IMG/VR virus record: IMGVR_UViG_3300032143_000004
Coordinates: 1 to 44,108 of that record
Strand: one strand, 5' to 3'
DNA length: 44,108 bases
From: a virus
Taxonomy: Duplodnaviria; Caudoviricetes
The translations under genes and the position numbers were made by a program. The notes beneath the pieces are model-generated. The model saw only the letters and a list, made by a program, of their open reading frames with translations. It ran no database searches and was not told the DNA's origin. This document shows, in pieces, positions 1-9,193 of the stretch (the stretch's first letter is position 1; the number at the start of each line of letters is the position of its first letter).

Positions 1-153
1 TTTGAAATGACTCATAGAGAATGTGAGGCGGCTAAAACCGCATTAGATGGTGTTTTTCTTCCTGAACAATTAAAAGTAATTGTTGATATGAGAAAATATA
101 AATCAATCACTAAAGAAGAAAGAGAAGAACTTATTAATTTACTAAAAAAATAA
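1..153 (+). CDS. 3' end of a hypothetical protein (partial, runs in from window start)
   Basis: Frame 1 open from base 1 to TAA at 151-153: FEMTHRECEAAKTALDGVFLPEQLKVIVDMRKYKSITKEEREELINLLKK. Confidence 0.6.
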   Translation, partial: FEMTHRECEAAKTALDGVFLPEQLKVIVDMRKYKSITKEEREELINLLKK

Positions 154-307
154 AACTATGAGAATCTGTATATTATGTGAAGAATCTAAAGTTTAACAAA
201 ATATTTTCAAAAACTTAGTTGATATAAAACAAAACAAAAACTATATTTATTTACGAAGGTAAATGCCGACCTAATTCGGTAGCTAATAGACCAAAAGTAA
301 AAAATAT

Positions 308-3103
308 ATGACATCACAAGAAGAAATTAAAAGTTTCCTAGAAGGAAATGATCCTGAAAAATACATAGTGGCGGTAGAGTACGACTATGTCTCAGACAAA
401 ATTTTTAAAATAAAAGAAATACCTGGCAAAGGTAAAGAAATCCAACGAGATACTTTAATCTCATTCGCATGGGTTGGTGACCTTCGTGGTCAAAATTTCT
501 ATTCATCATCAAAGGCATTGCAAAAAGAAGCAATGGGAAAACACGGAATTATTATTGAGAAATTAAGAACCGATAATAATGAAAGATTGGAGGACGGATT
601 AACATTTTTGGTTAAATGTATGAAAGGATATAGAAACCTTATTCAGTTTTTTAGAGAAGGTGGTGTTGATCCTTGGGGTGAAAAAACAAAAGATCTTATT
701 ACATTGTTATCCCCGGTGGAACAATACTTAATTTCAAAAGAAAAAAGATTATTCAAAGGATTTGAGGAATATAATGATATCACAAGGTTTGTATTTGACC
801 TTGAGACGACCGCATTAGAACCAAAAGACGGTCGTATCTTCATGATTGGAATGAAAACAAATAAAGGTTTCATGAAAGTAATTGAGTGTAAAGACGCTGA
901 CGAGGAACGAAGAGGGCTTGTTGAATTCTTTAGAACCATAGACGATATTAAACCATCAATCATTTCAGGGTATAACTCCGCAAACTTTGACTGGTTTTGG
1001 ATATTTGAAAGATGTAAGGCGTTAAACTTGGACATTAAAAAGATTGCAATCTCAATGAACGCACAGAAAACAATCTCACAAAAAGAATCAATGTTAAAGT
1101 TAGCAAATGAGGTCGAGAGATTTAATCAAGTTCAAATGTGGGGGTATAATGTAATTGATATTATCCATTCAGTTCGTAGAGCTCAAGCCATTAACTCAAG
1201 TATTAAAGAAGCCGGATTAAAGTATATTACCAAATATATTGATGCTGAGGCTAAAGATCGTATATATATTGACCACACAAAGATTGGATCTATGTATGCC
1301 AATAAAGAAGAATATTGGTTGAACACAGATAATGGTAACTACAAGAAAGTAGGTATTGACCCAAAGGTGGATGAGATATGTGTAAGACGAGGAGATGTAT
1401 ATGTTAAAACAACTGGAGATGACATAGTTGAGCGTTATCTTGACGATGACCTTGACGAAACTTTGATTGTTGACGACGAGTTCAATCAAGCAACTTTTCT
1501 ATTGGCATCTTTAGTACCAACAACATATGAGAGAGCATCAACAATGGGAACCGCAACATTATGGAAAATGGTAATGTTAGCTTGGTCTTATAAGCACGGA
1601 CTTGCTATTCCAATAAAAAAAGAAAAAAGAAACTTTGTTGGTGGTCTATCGCGATTACTTAAAGTGGGTTATTCTAAGGATGTATTAAAACTTGACTACT
1701 CTTCACTATACCCATCCATTCAGTTGGTTCATAATGTGTTTCCCGAATGTGATATCACAGGGGCGATGAAAGGATTGTTAACCTACTTCCGCAACTCTCG
1801 TATTATGTATAAGAACTTGGCGGCAGAGTATAAGACTATCGATAAAAAGAAATCAACATCTTTTGACCGTAAACAATTACCAATCAAAATCTTTATCAAT
1901 GCGTTCTTCGGATCGTTATCGGCACCACATGTATTTCCTTGGGGAGATATTGACATGGGAGAACAGATCACCTGTACAGGTAGACAATACCTCAGACAGA
2001 TGTTAAAGTTCTTTGAGAAGAGAGGATACAGTCCTTTAGTGTGTGATACAGATGGTATGAACTTCTCCTTACCACCTGAAGGTGTTGACGATAGGGTTTA
2101 TATTGGTAAAGGATTAAACTGGTTGGTTAAGGAAGGTAAAGAGTATCGTGGTTATGACGCTGATGTCGCAGAGTTTAACGACATCTTTATGAAAGGTGAG
2201 ATGGGACTTGATTGTGATGGGACTTGGGATTCGTGTATTAACTTGGCTCGTAAGAATTACGCAACGATGGAACACAACGGTAAAATAAAATTAACCGGTA
2301 ATAGTATTAAATCTAAAAAGATGCCAAAGTATATTGAGAAATTCTTAGATAAAGGGGTTAACCAATTACTTAATGGTGAAGGTAAAGAATTTATTGAGTG
2401 GTATTATGAATACATCCAAAAGATATTTGACCAAAGAGTTCCGTTGGCTGAGATCGCATCTAAAGCAAGAGTTAAGTTAAGTGTTGATGATTACATTAAA
2501 CGAAGTAAACTAACAACTAAGGCAGGTAATCTTAACTCAAGAATGGCACACATGGAACTCCTTATTAGAGATGGTATACAAGGAAACCTTGGCGATATGA
2601 TTCTTTATGTTAATAATGGAAACAAAGCGTCACACGGAGATGTTCAAAAAGTTAACAAACCAAAAAAAGGGTGGAGTGATGATCAATTAGGTCTTTATTT
2701 TACTAACACAAAAGGAGATCCAAACACAACTGATTCGGTTATTCAGATTAATTGTTATCGTATTGAACCATCTGATTTAGAGAACAATCCAGAAATGTTA
2801 GGCGAATATAACATACAAAGAGCAATTACAACATTTAATAAGCGCGTGGAACCTTTATTGATTGTATTTGATGATGAGGTTAGAGATACTTTATTAATTA
2901 AGAACCCTGAAGATAGAAGTTTCTATACAACAGACCAATGTAAATTAATTAACGGTAAACCATTTAACGATGGAGACCAAGATGACATTTATGAGAACTT
3001 AATTAAAATGGAACAAGGTGAAGTAGAATTTTGGGAGTCAGTTGGTATTGACCCTAATTATATGTATGAATTGGCAGAAGAGGGTTGGGAGAAACACATT
3101 TAA
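308..3103 (+). CDS. Family B DNA polymerase with 3'-5' exonuclease domain
   Basis: ExoI FVFDLETT, ExoII GYNSANFDW, ExoIII-like RYLDDD; polymerase motifs DYSSLYPS, KQLPIKIFINAFFG, CDTDG. Confidence 0.95.
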   Translation: MTSQEEIKSFLEGNDPEKYIVAVEYDYVSDKIFKIKEIPGKGKEIQRDTLISFAWVGDLRGQNFYSSSKALQKEAMGKHGIIIEKLRTDNNERLEDGLTFLVKCMKGYRNLIQFFREGGVDPWGEKTKDLITLLSPVEQYLISKEKRLFKGFEEYNDITRFVFDLETTALEPKDGRIFMIGMKTNKGFMKVIECKDADEERRGLVEFFRTIDDIKPSIISGYNSANFDWFWIFERCKALNLDIKKIAISMNAQKTISQKESMLKLANEVERFNQVQMWGYNVIDIIHSVRRAQAINSSIKEAGLKYITKYIDAEAKDRIYIDHTKIGSMYANKEEYWLNTDNGNYKKVGIDPKVDEICVRRGDVYVKTTGDDIVERYLDDDLDETLIVDDEFNQATFLLASLVPTTYERASTMGTATLWKMVMLAWSYKHGLAIPIKKEKRNFVGGLSRLLKVGYSKDVLKLDYSSLYPSIQLVHNVFPECDITGAMKGLLTYFRNSRIMYKNLAAEYKTIDKKKSTSFDRKQLPIKIFINAFFGSLSAPHVFPWGDIDMGEQITCTGRQYLRQMLKFFEKRGYSPLVCDTDGMNFSLPPEGVDDRVYIGKGLNWLVKEGKEYRGYDADVAEFNDIFMKGEMGLDCDGTWDSCINLARKNYATMEHNGKIKLTGNSIKSKKMPKYIEKFLDKGVNQLLNGEGKEFIEWYYEYIQKIFDQRVPLAEIASKARVKLSVDDYIKRSKLTTKAGNLNSRMAHMELLIRDGIQGNLGDMILYVNNGNKASHGDVQKVNKPKKGWSDDQLGLYFTNTKGDPNTTDSVIQINCYRIEPSDLENNPEMLGEYNIQRAITTFNKRVEPLLIVFDDEVRDTLLIKNPEDRSFYTTDQCKLINGKPFNDGDQDDIYENLIKMEQGEVEFWESVGIDPNYMYELAEEGWEKHI

Positions 3104-3107
3104 TAAG

Positions 3108-3455
3108 TTAATCCAACTTGATGCCGTCTGAAGATAGTATGTACCAAATACCATTAACAAACTGTAACTCAACGCAAGCCCCTCTACCGATAGAAATTTC
3201 ATCCCAATCTTCATCTATTCTACCTATGTCAGGTATAATAGTACAATTGGTTAAAGTTTTTATTTTAATTTTGTCAGTAGTTGTTGAATCTAATTTCACT
3301 TTAGACTGTGAGACATCCTTTATAATTAAAAGATTCTCACCATTTGTTTTATAGATTTCATCACTTACTATGACAGTTTCAAAAGTGTCAAGGTTTAATG
3401 ATCTTTCTCCTCTGAAAACAGTTTTTCTAACAGGTTTGTTTTTTACAATTGGCAT
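3108..3455 (-). CDS. Hypothetical protein (115 aa, beta-rich), downstream of neck gene
   Basis: ORF packed 4 nt from both neighbours and co-directional with 3460..4587; no family recognised. Confidence 0.75.
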   Translation of the reverse strand: MPIVKNKPVRKTVFRGERSLNLDTFETVIVSDEIYKTNGENLLIIKDVSQSKVKLDSTTTDKIKIKTLTNCTIIPDIGRIDEDWDEISIGRGACVELQFVNGIWYILSSDGIKLD

Positions 3456-3459
3456 AAAA

Positions 3460-4587
3460 TTAAATTACATATATTTGACGAGGCATCGCTCTAAACTTAA
3501 GTTGTTTGTTAAGATTTTCCGCAAGTAATGCTTCTCTCTCCATTATTTTTTCAGGGCGAAGTCTTGTTAATCTTCCGTCGGCACCAATGAGCTCTTCTAT
3601 TAGTTTTGTTTTTTCGTCTTTACCTTCGGTTGCTAATGCAGCGTAATCCATAGTTAGATCACCATCAGGAGTTTTTAAACTACCACTAAATTTACCACGA
3701 ACTCTTGCAAGTGTTTCTTTACAGTAAGCGGTAAACCATCTTCTAACCCAAACTTGTGCGGGATTGTTTAATTTATACCAACTTAATTTATCAAATGGAA
3801 CATCAGATGGTAATAATACTATATCAGGATTGTCCGCTAAACATTTGTCTCTATCACCATCTGTGGTGTCATAATACCAATACCAAACTTGATGGTTTGA
3901 CATTTCTGCGTTACCAAAATCAAATCTACCACCTGGTGTGTTTAATAAGTGTAACCCCTTTTTACCTCCGGGAAGTGCGGTAATATAATAAGTTAACTCC
4001 CCAGCAAACATTCTTCTTTGTATGTTTACTTCTTGCATTCTAAGTAAAGTATCAAACGCTGGAGTTAAATAATAACTTCCCGCCATATTACCAATTTGAG
4101 CAAGTCCTCCTCCTCCACCTAAACCAGTTCCTGCTCCAATACCGGCAAATCCACCGACACCAAACATTGCAGTATTTAAAGTTGATGGTGTAAACCATAA
4201 AATTTCATTTATTTCACGACCTGCTGGAATTTCATATATTTGTTGATTTGGCACTAATTGGACAAAATCCTTTTTAATTACCCAATCACCTCCCGCTTGT
4301 AAACCAACAATTTTAGAATACGCATAAGTGTATCTGGTTTCAAAATCTAAACTTTTACTTACAAATGCTCTAGATAAAGACTGTGTGTCTAAATTTAGAT
4401 TATATAATGAAGTCCATTGGGATTCGGTTAACCAATCTTGTACATATTGGGAATAGTCATCTATTGAGTACTCTAACAGAGTATCCATCATTTCATCCTC
4501 TAACTCTACCGATCTTAAAGGAGCTCCAAGTAAGTGTCTTACTTTTTGATAAAATTCACTTCTTTCGGGTTCATTAATAATTGCCAT
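3460..4587 (-). CDS. Neck/head-tail adaptor protein (T4 gp13-like)
   Basis: N-term LGAPLRSVELEDE; C-term WVRRWFTAYCKETLARVRGKFSG..PDGDLTMD..L..EG..EK..L.EEL pattern typical of gp13-like adaptors. Confidence 0.8.
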   Translation of the reverse strand: MAIINEPERSEFYQKVRHLLGAPLRSVELEDEMMDTLLEYSIDDYSQYVQDWLTESQWTSLYNLNLDTQSLSRAFVSKSLDFETRYTYAYSKIVGLQAGGDWVIKKDFVQLVPNQQIYEIPAGREINEILWFTPSTLNTAMFGVGGFAGIGAGTGLGGGGGLAQIGNMAGSYYLTPAFDTLLRMQEVNIQRRMFAGELTYYITALPGGKKGLHLLNTPGGRFDFGNAEMSNHQVWYWYYDTTDGDRDKCLADNPDIVLLPSDVPFDKLSWYKLNNPAQVWVRRWFTAYCKETLARVRGKFSGSLKTPDGDLTMDYAALATEGKDEKTKLIEELIGADGRLTRLRPEKIMEREALLAENLNKQLKFRAMPRQIYVI

Positions 4588-4621
4588 AAGATTTTTTTTA
4601 TAAATATCTAAACAAAAAGAA

Positions 4622-6838
4622 TTATTTTGTTGGACAATAAACTAACTCTTTTTCATTATTAGGTACCGTTAGTTTAAAACTCTCTAAAGTGTCAGAATCA
4701 ATAAATTTGTATGCATCTATTTGTGAGTATTTTGGGTCTATTCTAAATCTTATTGATACTCTTTTTTCGTCACAACTTCTTTGACCTTTATTGGACCAAT
4801 ATAATTGTATGTATTTTGTGGGAACTATTGTGTCATCTTGGTATATTATACCTGACATAAAACTTTTAACTTTTTCTAAGTAATTTTTTGCACTTTCATT
4901 TTTATTTAACCAAATAAAAATTTTATCAACTAATGTGTTATACAACTCACCAACTATTGGTTTTTTGTCTGAAATAGCACTTTCTTTAAATATTGAAAAG
5001 AATTCTGAAAGGTAGCTATCAATAAATGGGTCCATTTTCTTTGCTTCAAAATGTGATCCTGCGGGATAGATAACATTTCCGTCTTCATCTAAAAAATCCT
5101 CAATAGTCTCTAAATCCGCTTTCAAGTAGTATGATCCCGACTTAAATGAATCTACTAAACATTTGGTTATTCTAAAGAAATGATAGTTTAAAGTTTCTTC
5201 ATTATTATGAATTTTCATTAAAGTATCAATTAACTTTTCTTTAGCGTCATCACTACAACGATAATTTAATTGTAGTTTAGTTTTTTTGTGTTTAAAATAT
5301 TTACCAACAAATCTATTTTCATGTTTTTGGTGTTCTTTATATCTTGCATATGCTAAAAGGTCTGGTAAATTTTCAGGAACTGTAGTTGCGTTTTTTTGTT
5401 TTCTTAGTATTTTTTTTGTCTCTTCATTATCATATTCGTTGTCGTCATCAATAATAAAATCAGAAACTAATTTTAAAAAGTTACCTGTTTGTAGAGGATC
5501 TTTTAAACTTAACTCTACAATCATTGGAAATGTACCAACTGTTTTTTTATTAAAAAATTTATCTAATCTAACCACACTATCTTCAATCTCATTTTTAATG
5601 TATTGATCATTTATTGTGTCTACAAAATTTTCTAATCTACAAAAAGGAGAATTTTCTTTACCTCTAGACAAACTATATTTACAAAGGTACTCAACTTTAG
5701 TTTTTGACTTTTTAAAATTTTCGGTCACTTCTTCCTTTAGTTGTGTTTTTTCTTTTTTTGTTTTAGTTAAAAACAAATCATTAACAAATTCCCAATTAAC
5801 AACATTCCAAAAGTTGTTAATATATTCATCTCTTTTGTTTTGATATTTTAGATAATAAGCGTGCTCCCAAACATCTAAACCTAAAAGTGGGAACCCACCT
5901 TTTTTGATTACATTCATTAAGGGGTTATCTTGGTTTGGAAGAGACATTATTTTTAATTTACCTTTGTTGTCCAAATATAACCAAGCCCACCCTGACCCAA
6001 ACCTATCTTTAGCGGCGGCATTAAATTCATCTTTCATTTTTTTAATATTACCAAAGTCTTTTTTAATCTGTTGATAAATCTCGCCTTTTGGGATTTGTTT
6101 TTTTGGTGATAACATTTTCCAAAATAATGCGTGGTTAAATGCTCCTCCCGCATTATTTCTAACCGTATTATCAAACTTACTTATAGATTTAACTATTTCT
6201 TCAAGTTCCATATCACCATCTTTACTTGAGAGAGCTTTGTTAAGTTTTTTAACATAACCTTTATAGTGTTTATTATAATGAACATCCATAGTTTTGGAAT
6301 CTATGAATTTTTTTAAAGAGGAATATGAATATGGTAATTTATCAATACCAATTTTTTTCATTTCATTTATAAAATTTTTTTGTAATTGGTCTTTTTCCGA
6401 AATCAATAACTTTTGTTCAAGTAAAGAAATTTTGTTTGATAAAGTTTTTGTTTCATAAAGTTTTTTTTCTAAATCAGGGTATTGTTTTTCAAACATTTTA
6501 ACCAATCTTCCCGCAAATGCGTTTGCTTCGTCTTCGTTTTTTCCGCCAATATTAGGACCGTGTTCTCTGCCTTGGACCGACATTTGATATTCATGAACCC
6601 ATTCGTGTGCCAATGTTCTCATTATATCTCGATTCAATCGGTTTTTGGCTAAAACCTTTAATTCACCATTATTAGTTCTTGATCCTGTAGACATTGAACC
6701 AAGTTGTTTGCCCAAAAATTTTATTGTTATTGATTTTTTTAGTGGGTATTTTTCTTGTAAAAGATTTATAAACTTATCAATAAGTTCTTTATCTTCTTTT
6801 TGAAATTTAGTGTCATTAAATTTTATTTTGATTTCCAT
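4622..6838 (-). CDS. Three-domain fusion: HExxH zincin-like peptidase (aa ~1-129) + Fe/Mn superoxide dismutase (aa ~163-357) + unknown C-terminal domain
   Basis: TLAHEWVHEYQ...EDEANAFAG; SOD motifs LPYSY, HYNKHYKGY, NNAGGAFNHALFW, FGSGWAWL, PNQDNPL, LDVWEHAYY. Confidence 0.9.
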   Translation of the reverse strand: MEIKIKFNDTKFQKEDKELIDKFINLLQEKYPLKKSITIKFLGKQLGSMSTGSRTNNGELKVLAKNRLNRDIMRTLAHEWVHEYQMSVQGREHGPNIGGKNEDEANAFAGRLVKMFEKQYPDLEKKLYETKTLSNKISLLEQKLLISEKDQLQKNFINEMKKIGIDKLPYSYSSLKKFIDSKTMDVHYNKHYKGYVKKLNKALSSKDGDMELEEIVKSISKFDNTVRNNAGGAFNHALFWKMLSPKKQIPKGEIYQQIKKDFGNIKKMKDEFNAAAKDRFGSGWAWLYLDNKGKLKIMSLPNQDNPLMNVIKKGGFPLLGLDVWEHAYYLKYQNKRDEYINNFWNVVNWEFVNDLFLTKTKKEKTQLKEEVTENFKKSKTKVEYLCKYSLSRGKENSPFCRLENFVDTINDQYIKNEIEDSVVRLDKFFNKKTVGTFPMIVELSLKDPLQTGNFLKLVSDFIIDDDNEYDNEETKKILRKQKNATTVPENLPDLLAYARYKEHQKHENRFVGKYFKHKKTKLQLNYRCSDDAKEKLIDTLMKIHNNEETLNYHFFRITKCLVDSFKSGSYYLKADLETIEDFLDEDGNVIYPAGSHFEAKKMDPFIDSYLSEFFSIFKESAISDKKPIVGELYNTLVDKIFIWLNKNESAKNYLEKVKSFMSGIIYQDDTIVPTKYIQLYWSNKGQRSCDEKRVSIRFRIDPKYSQIDAYKFIDSDTLESFKLTVPNNEKELVYCPTK

Positions 6839-6853
6839 TATAGATAAATATAA

Positions 6854-8623
6854 CTATCGATACTTATTTATCATTTTAAGAATTTCTTCAGCGATATCAC
6901 CAATATTTTCTTGTATTTGATCACCCATTACGGTTCGTATAATTTCTTTCTTCTTATTAAGAATGTCATATATTGCGCCTTCAATTGTGTTATCGTAAAT
7001 TGGATAATAAACTAATACATTTGATTTTTGACCATAACGATAAGCCCTGTCCTCAGCTTGTGAGTGTTCGGCGGGAACAAATGAAAGGTCGTTCATTATA
7101 ACAACCTCAGCGGCGGTTAAGGTTAACCCAACGCCAGCAGCCTTTAAGTTTCCAACAAATACGGTTACTTTTTCATCGTTTTGAAATTTATCGACCGCTT
7201 GTTGACGAACCGAATTAGAACAACTACCATCAAGATAAACAGCATGTTTGCTAAAATGTTGATAAACTGTTTGGAGGGTATCGGTAAAATTTGTAAAGAT
7301 GATTACTTTCTTACCTTGTTCTAAAATGTTTTCCACAAACTCAATTGTTTGTTTTGTTTTTTCATTTGCAATTACCTTTCTAACTTTCATCAATTTGGAA
7401 AACTGAACGGTAAGAGAGGATGATTCGTTAGGGTTTTTATCGTACCAATCAAAATACTCACCCATTAAGTTTTCATATTCTTTAGATTTCAACCTTAAGT
7501 AAACAGGTGCGATAATCTTGTCAGGTAAATCCAAAACTTCTTCTTTAAGTCTTCTTAAAATTTGTTTTGATGTGCGATCCCTTAATTCCTCAAGGTTAGA
7601 TGCTCCCGTTACATTCCAAACTTTTCTTTTACCAGCTGTGAATTGATATCCTTGACAATAACGAATCGCATATGCTTTCCAATTTTGAGCAACAGGACTC
7701 TCAATTAAATTTAATAGATTGTAATAGTTCATTGGTCGAGAAGTCATTGGGGTTCCTGTTAACAACCAAACTCTATTAATTTTTTTGGCAAAGTGGTTAA
7801 TGATTTTAGTTCTTTGTGCTTGAACATTAGAAATCATGTGTGCCTCATCTAAAATAACAATATCAAAGTTTGATTGTAGTAATATTGATTCTTCTTTATT
7901 TTTTGGATCGGTGTCGTGGAAATTTTTTAGAATGTCATAATTAACAATAACAAAATCAGATTCAGTTGAGAATTTTTTACTTTCTGCAATATAAACAGGT
8001 CTATCTGAATAATTTGCAATTTCTCTTTGCCAATTAATTTTTAAAGATGCTGGACAAACAATTAAAATCTTTTTAGCTCCTGTTTCTAATGCAGCAATAA
8101 TGGTAGAAGTAGTTTTCCCTAAACCCATATCGTCGGCCAAAATAAATCTTTTTGATCCTGCCAATTTTTCTATCGCAATTTTCTGATGATCAAGCGGAGG
8201 ACGATGAGAATACTTAGAATAATCAATAGAAACAGATTGTACATTGTGTGTTTTAATTAGGGCGGATTTAGGTACCCAAAATTCCGATAAAGAATCTTTC
8301 TCAAAAAACTTACCCCAAATATGGTAAGATTTTTCTTTTTCTACAAGTAATTTTTCAATATAAATTTGTTCAGGTGTCTGTATCAAATATCTTTCTTCTG
8401 CAAACTTTTTTGCAAAGTATGTGTCAAGGTCAACCCATTTTCTGGCAACCTTTGGTGCGGCGTTATGGTAATTAACTATGTAGTCAGATTGAGCTCTTGT
8501 TGGGTAAAACTTTTTTGAGTTTTTTTTTTTCTGTTTTAAAAAAATTATATAGTTATTTGCGCCACTATATGACTCGAGAATTTCGAGAGCCTGATGCTCA
8601 ACTAAGGAAGATTCGTTTTCCAA
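6854..8623 (-). CDS. SNF2-family helicase/ATPase (HARP/SMARCAL1-like); probable start TTG at 8623 rather than 8668
   Basis: ILADDMGLGKT, VCPASLKINWQRE, DEAH, LTGTP, ILRRLKEEV, GVGLTLTAA, QAEDRAYRYGQ; the extension to 8668 runs through the AT-rich intergenic motif. Confidence 0.9.
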   Translation of the reverse strand: MENESSLVEHQALEILESYSGANNYIIFLKQKKKNSKKFYPTRAQSDYIVNYHNAAPKVARKWVDLDTYFAKKFAEERYLIQTPEQIYIEKLLVEKEKSYHIWGKFFEKDSLSEFWVPKSALIKTHNVQSVSIDYSKYSHRPPLDHQKIAIEKLAGSKRFILADDMGLGKTTSTIIAALETGAKKILIVCPASLKINWQREIANYSDRPVYIAESKKFSTESDFVIVNYDILKNFHDTDPKNKEESILLQSNFDIVILDEAHMISNVQAQRTKIINHFAKKINRVWLLTGTPMTSRPMNYYNLLNLIESPVAQNWKAYAIRYCQGYQFTAGKRKVWNVTGASNLEELRDRTSKQILRRLKEEVLDLPDKIIAPVYLRLKSKEYENLMGEYFDWYDKNPNESSSLTVQFSKLMKVRKVIANEKTKQTIEFVENILEQGKKVIIFTNFTDTLQTVYQHFSKHAVYLDGSCSNSVRQQAVDKFQNDEKVTVFVGNLKAAGVGLTLTAAEVVIMNDLSFVPAEHSQAEDRAYRYGQKSNVLVYYPIYDNTIEGAIYDILNKKKEIIRTVMGDQIQENIGDIAEEILKMINKYR

Positions 8624-8653
8624 ATTTAGTCTTTTAATAAAAATAACAATAAA

Positions 8654-8665
8654 ATAAATATTTAT
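8654..8665. promoter_or_regulatory. Palindrome ATAAATATTTAT carrying the TATTTAT motif on both strands between divergent genes
   Basis: Perfect 12-bp palindrome between the SNF2 (-) and 8681 (+) genes; same motif precedes many genes in the window. Confidence 0.5.
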
Positions 8666-8680
8666 CAATAAAATAACTAA

Positions 8681-9193
8681 ATGAGAAGTAATGTTCCAAT
8701 AACAAGGTTAGGTAAATTCTTTGGAGATAGAGATTTTGAATTAGAAGTTGAGATGGGTCAGGAATGGCTTATTGGTGACATGAACTATACTTGCGTTCTG
8801 TATAAAATTGATAGAAACAAAATTAAAACTGACGATGTTTATGGTGAAGTTACTGAGGACGGAGTTAAATTTTTACCACCTATAGAGTTTAACGCTCAAA
8901 TAACGGTTGCTGCGCCTGAAAACAAATTTATTGGCACTACAAGAATGGATCAGTTTGAGCCAGGTAATATTACAATTTCAGTTTATTTAAAAACTTTAGA
9001 AAACTTAAACATTGATGTTGATTTTGGTGACTACATTGGATACTATGACAGTGAAAATTTTGTTCGTTATTATACTGTTATTAACGATGGTCGTGTAATA
9101 TCTGACACAAAACACACATATAAAGGATTTAAACCTTTTTATAGAACAATAATCGCGGCTCCTGTTGGACCAAATGAATTTAGAGGATTATAA
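8681..9193 (+). CDS. Putative head closure/neck protein (T4 gp14-like)
   Basis: DDVYGEV..., DFGDYIGY pattern; first gene of tail module, upstream of terminator and sheath. Confidence 0.6.
   Translation: MRSNVPITRLGKFFGDRDFELEVEMGQEWLIGDMNYTCVLYKIDRNKIKTDDVYGEVTEDGVKFLPPIEFNAQITVAAPENKFIGTTRMDQFEPGNITISVYLKTLENLNIDVDFGDYIGYYDSENFVRYYTVINDGRVISDTKHTYKGFKPFYRTIIAAPVGPNEFRGL

Noticed and set aside
4085-4165. Gly-rich tract in the neck protein
   Set aside because: Low-complexity loop with no further signal
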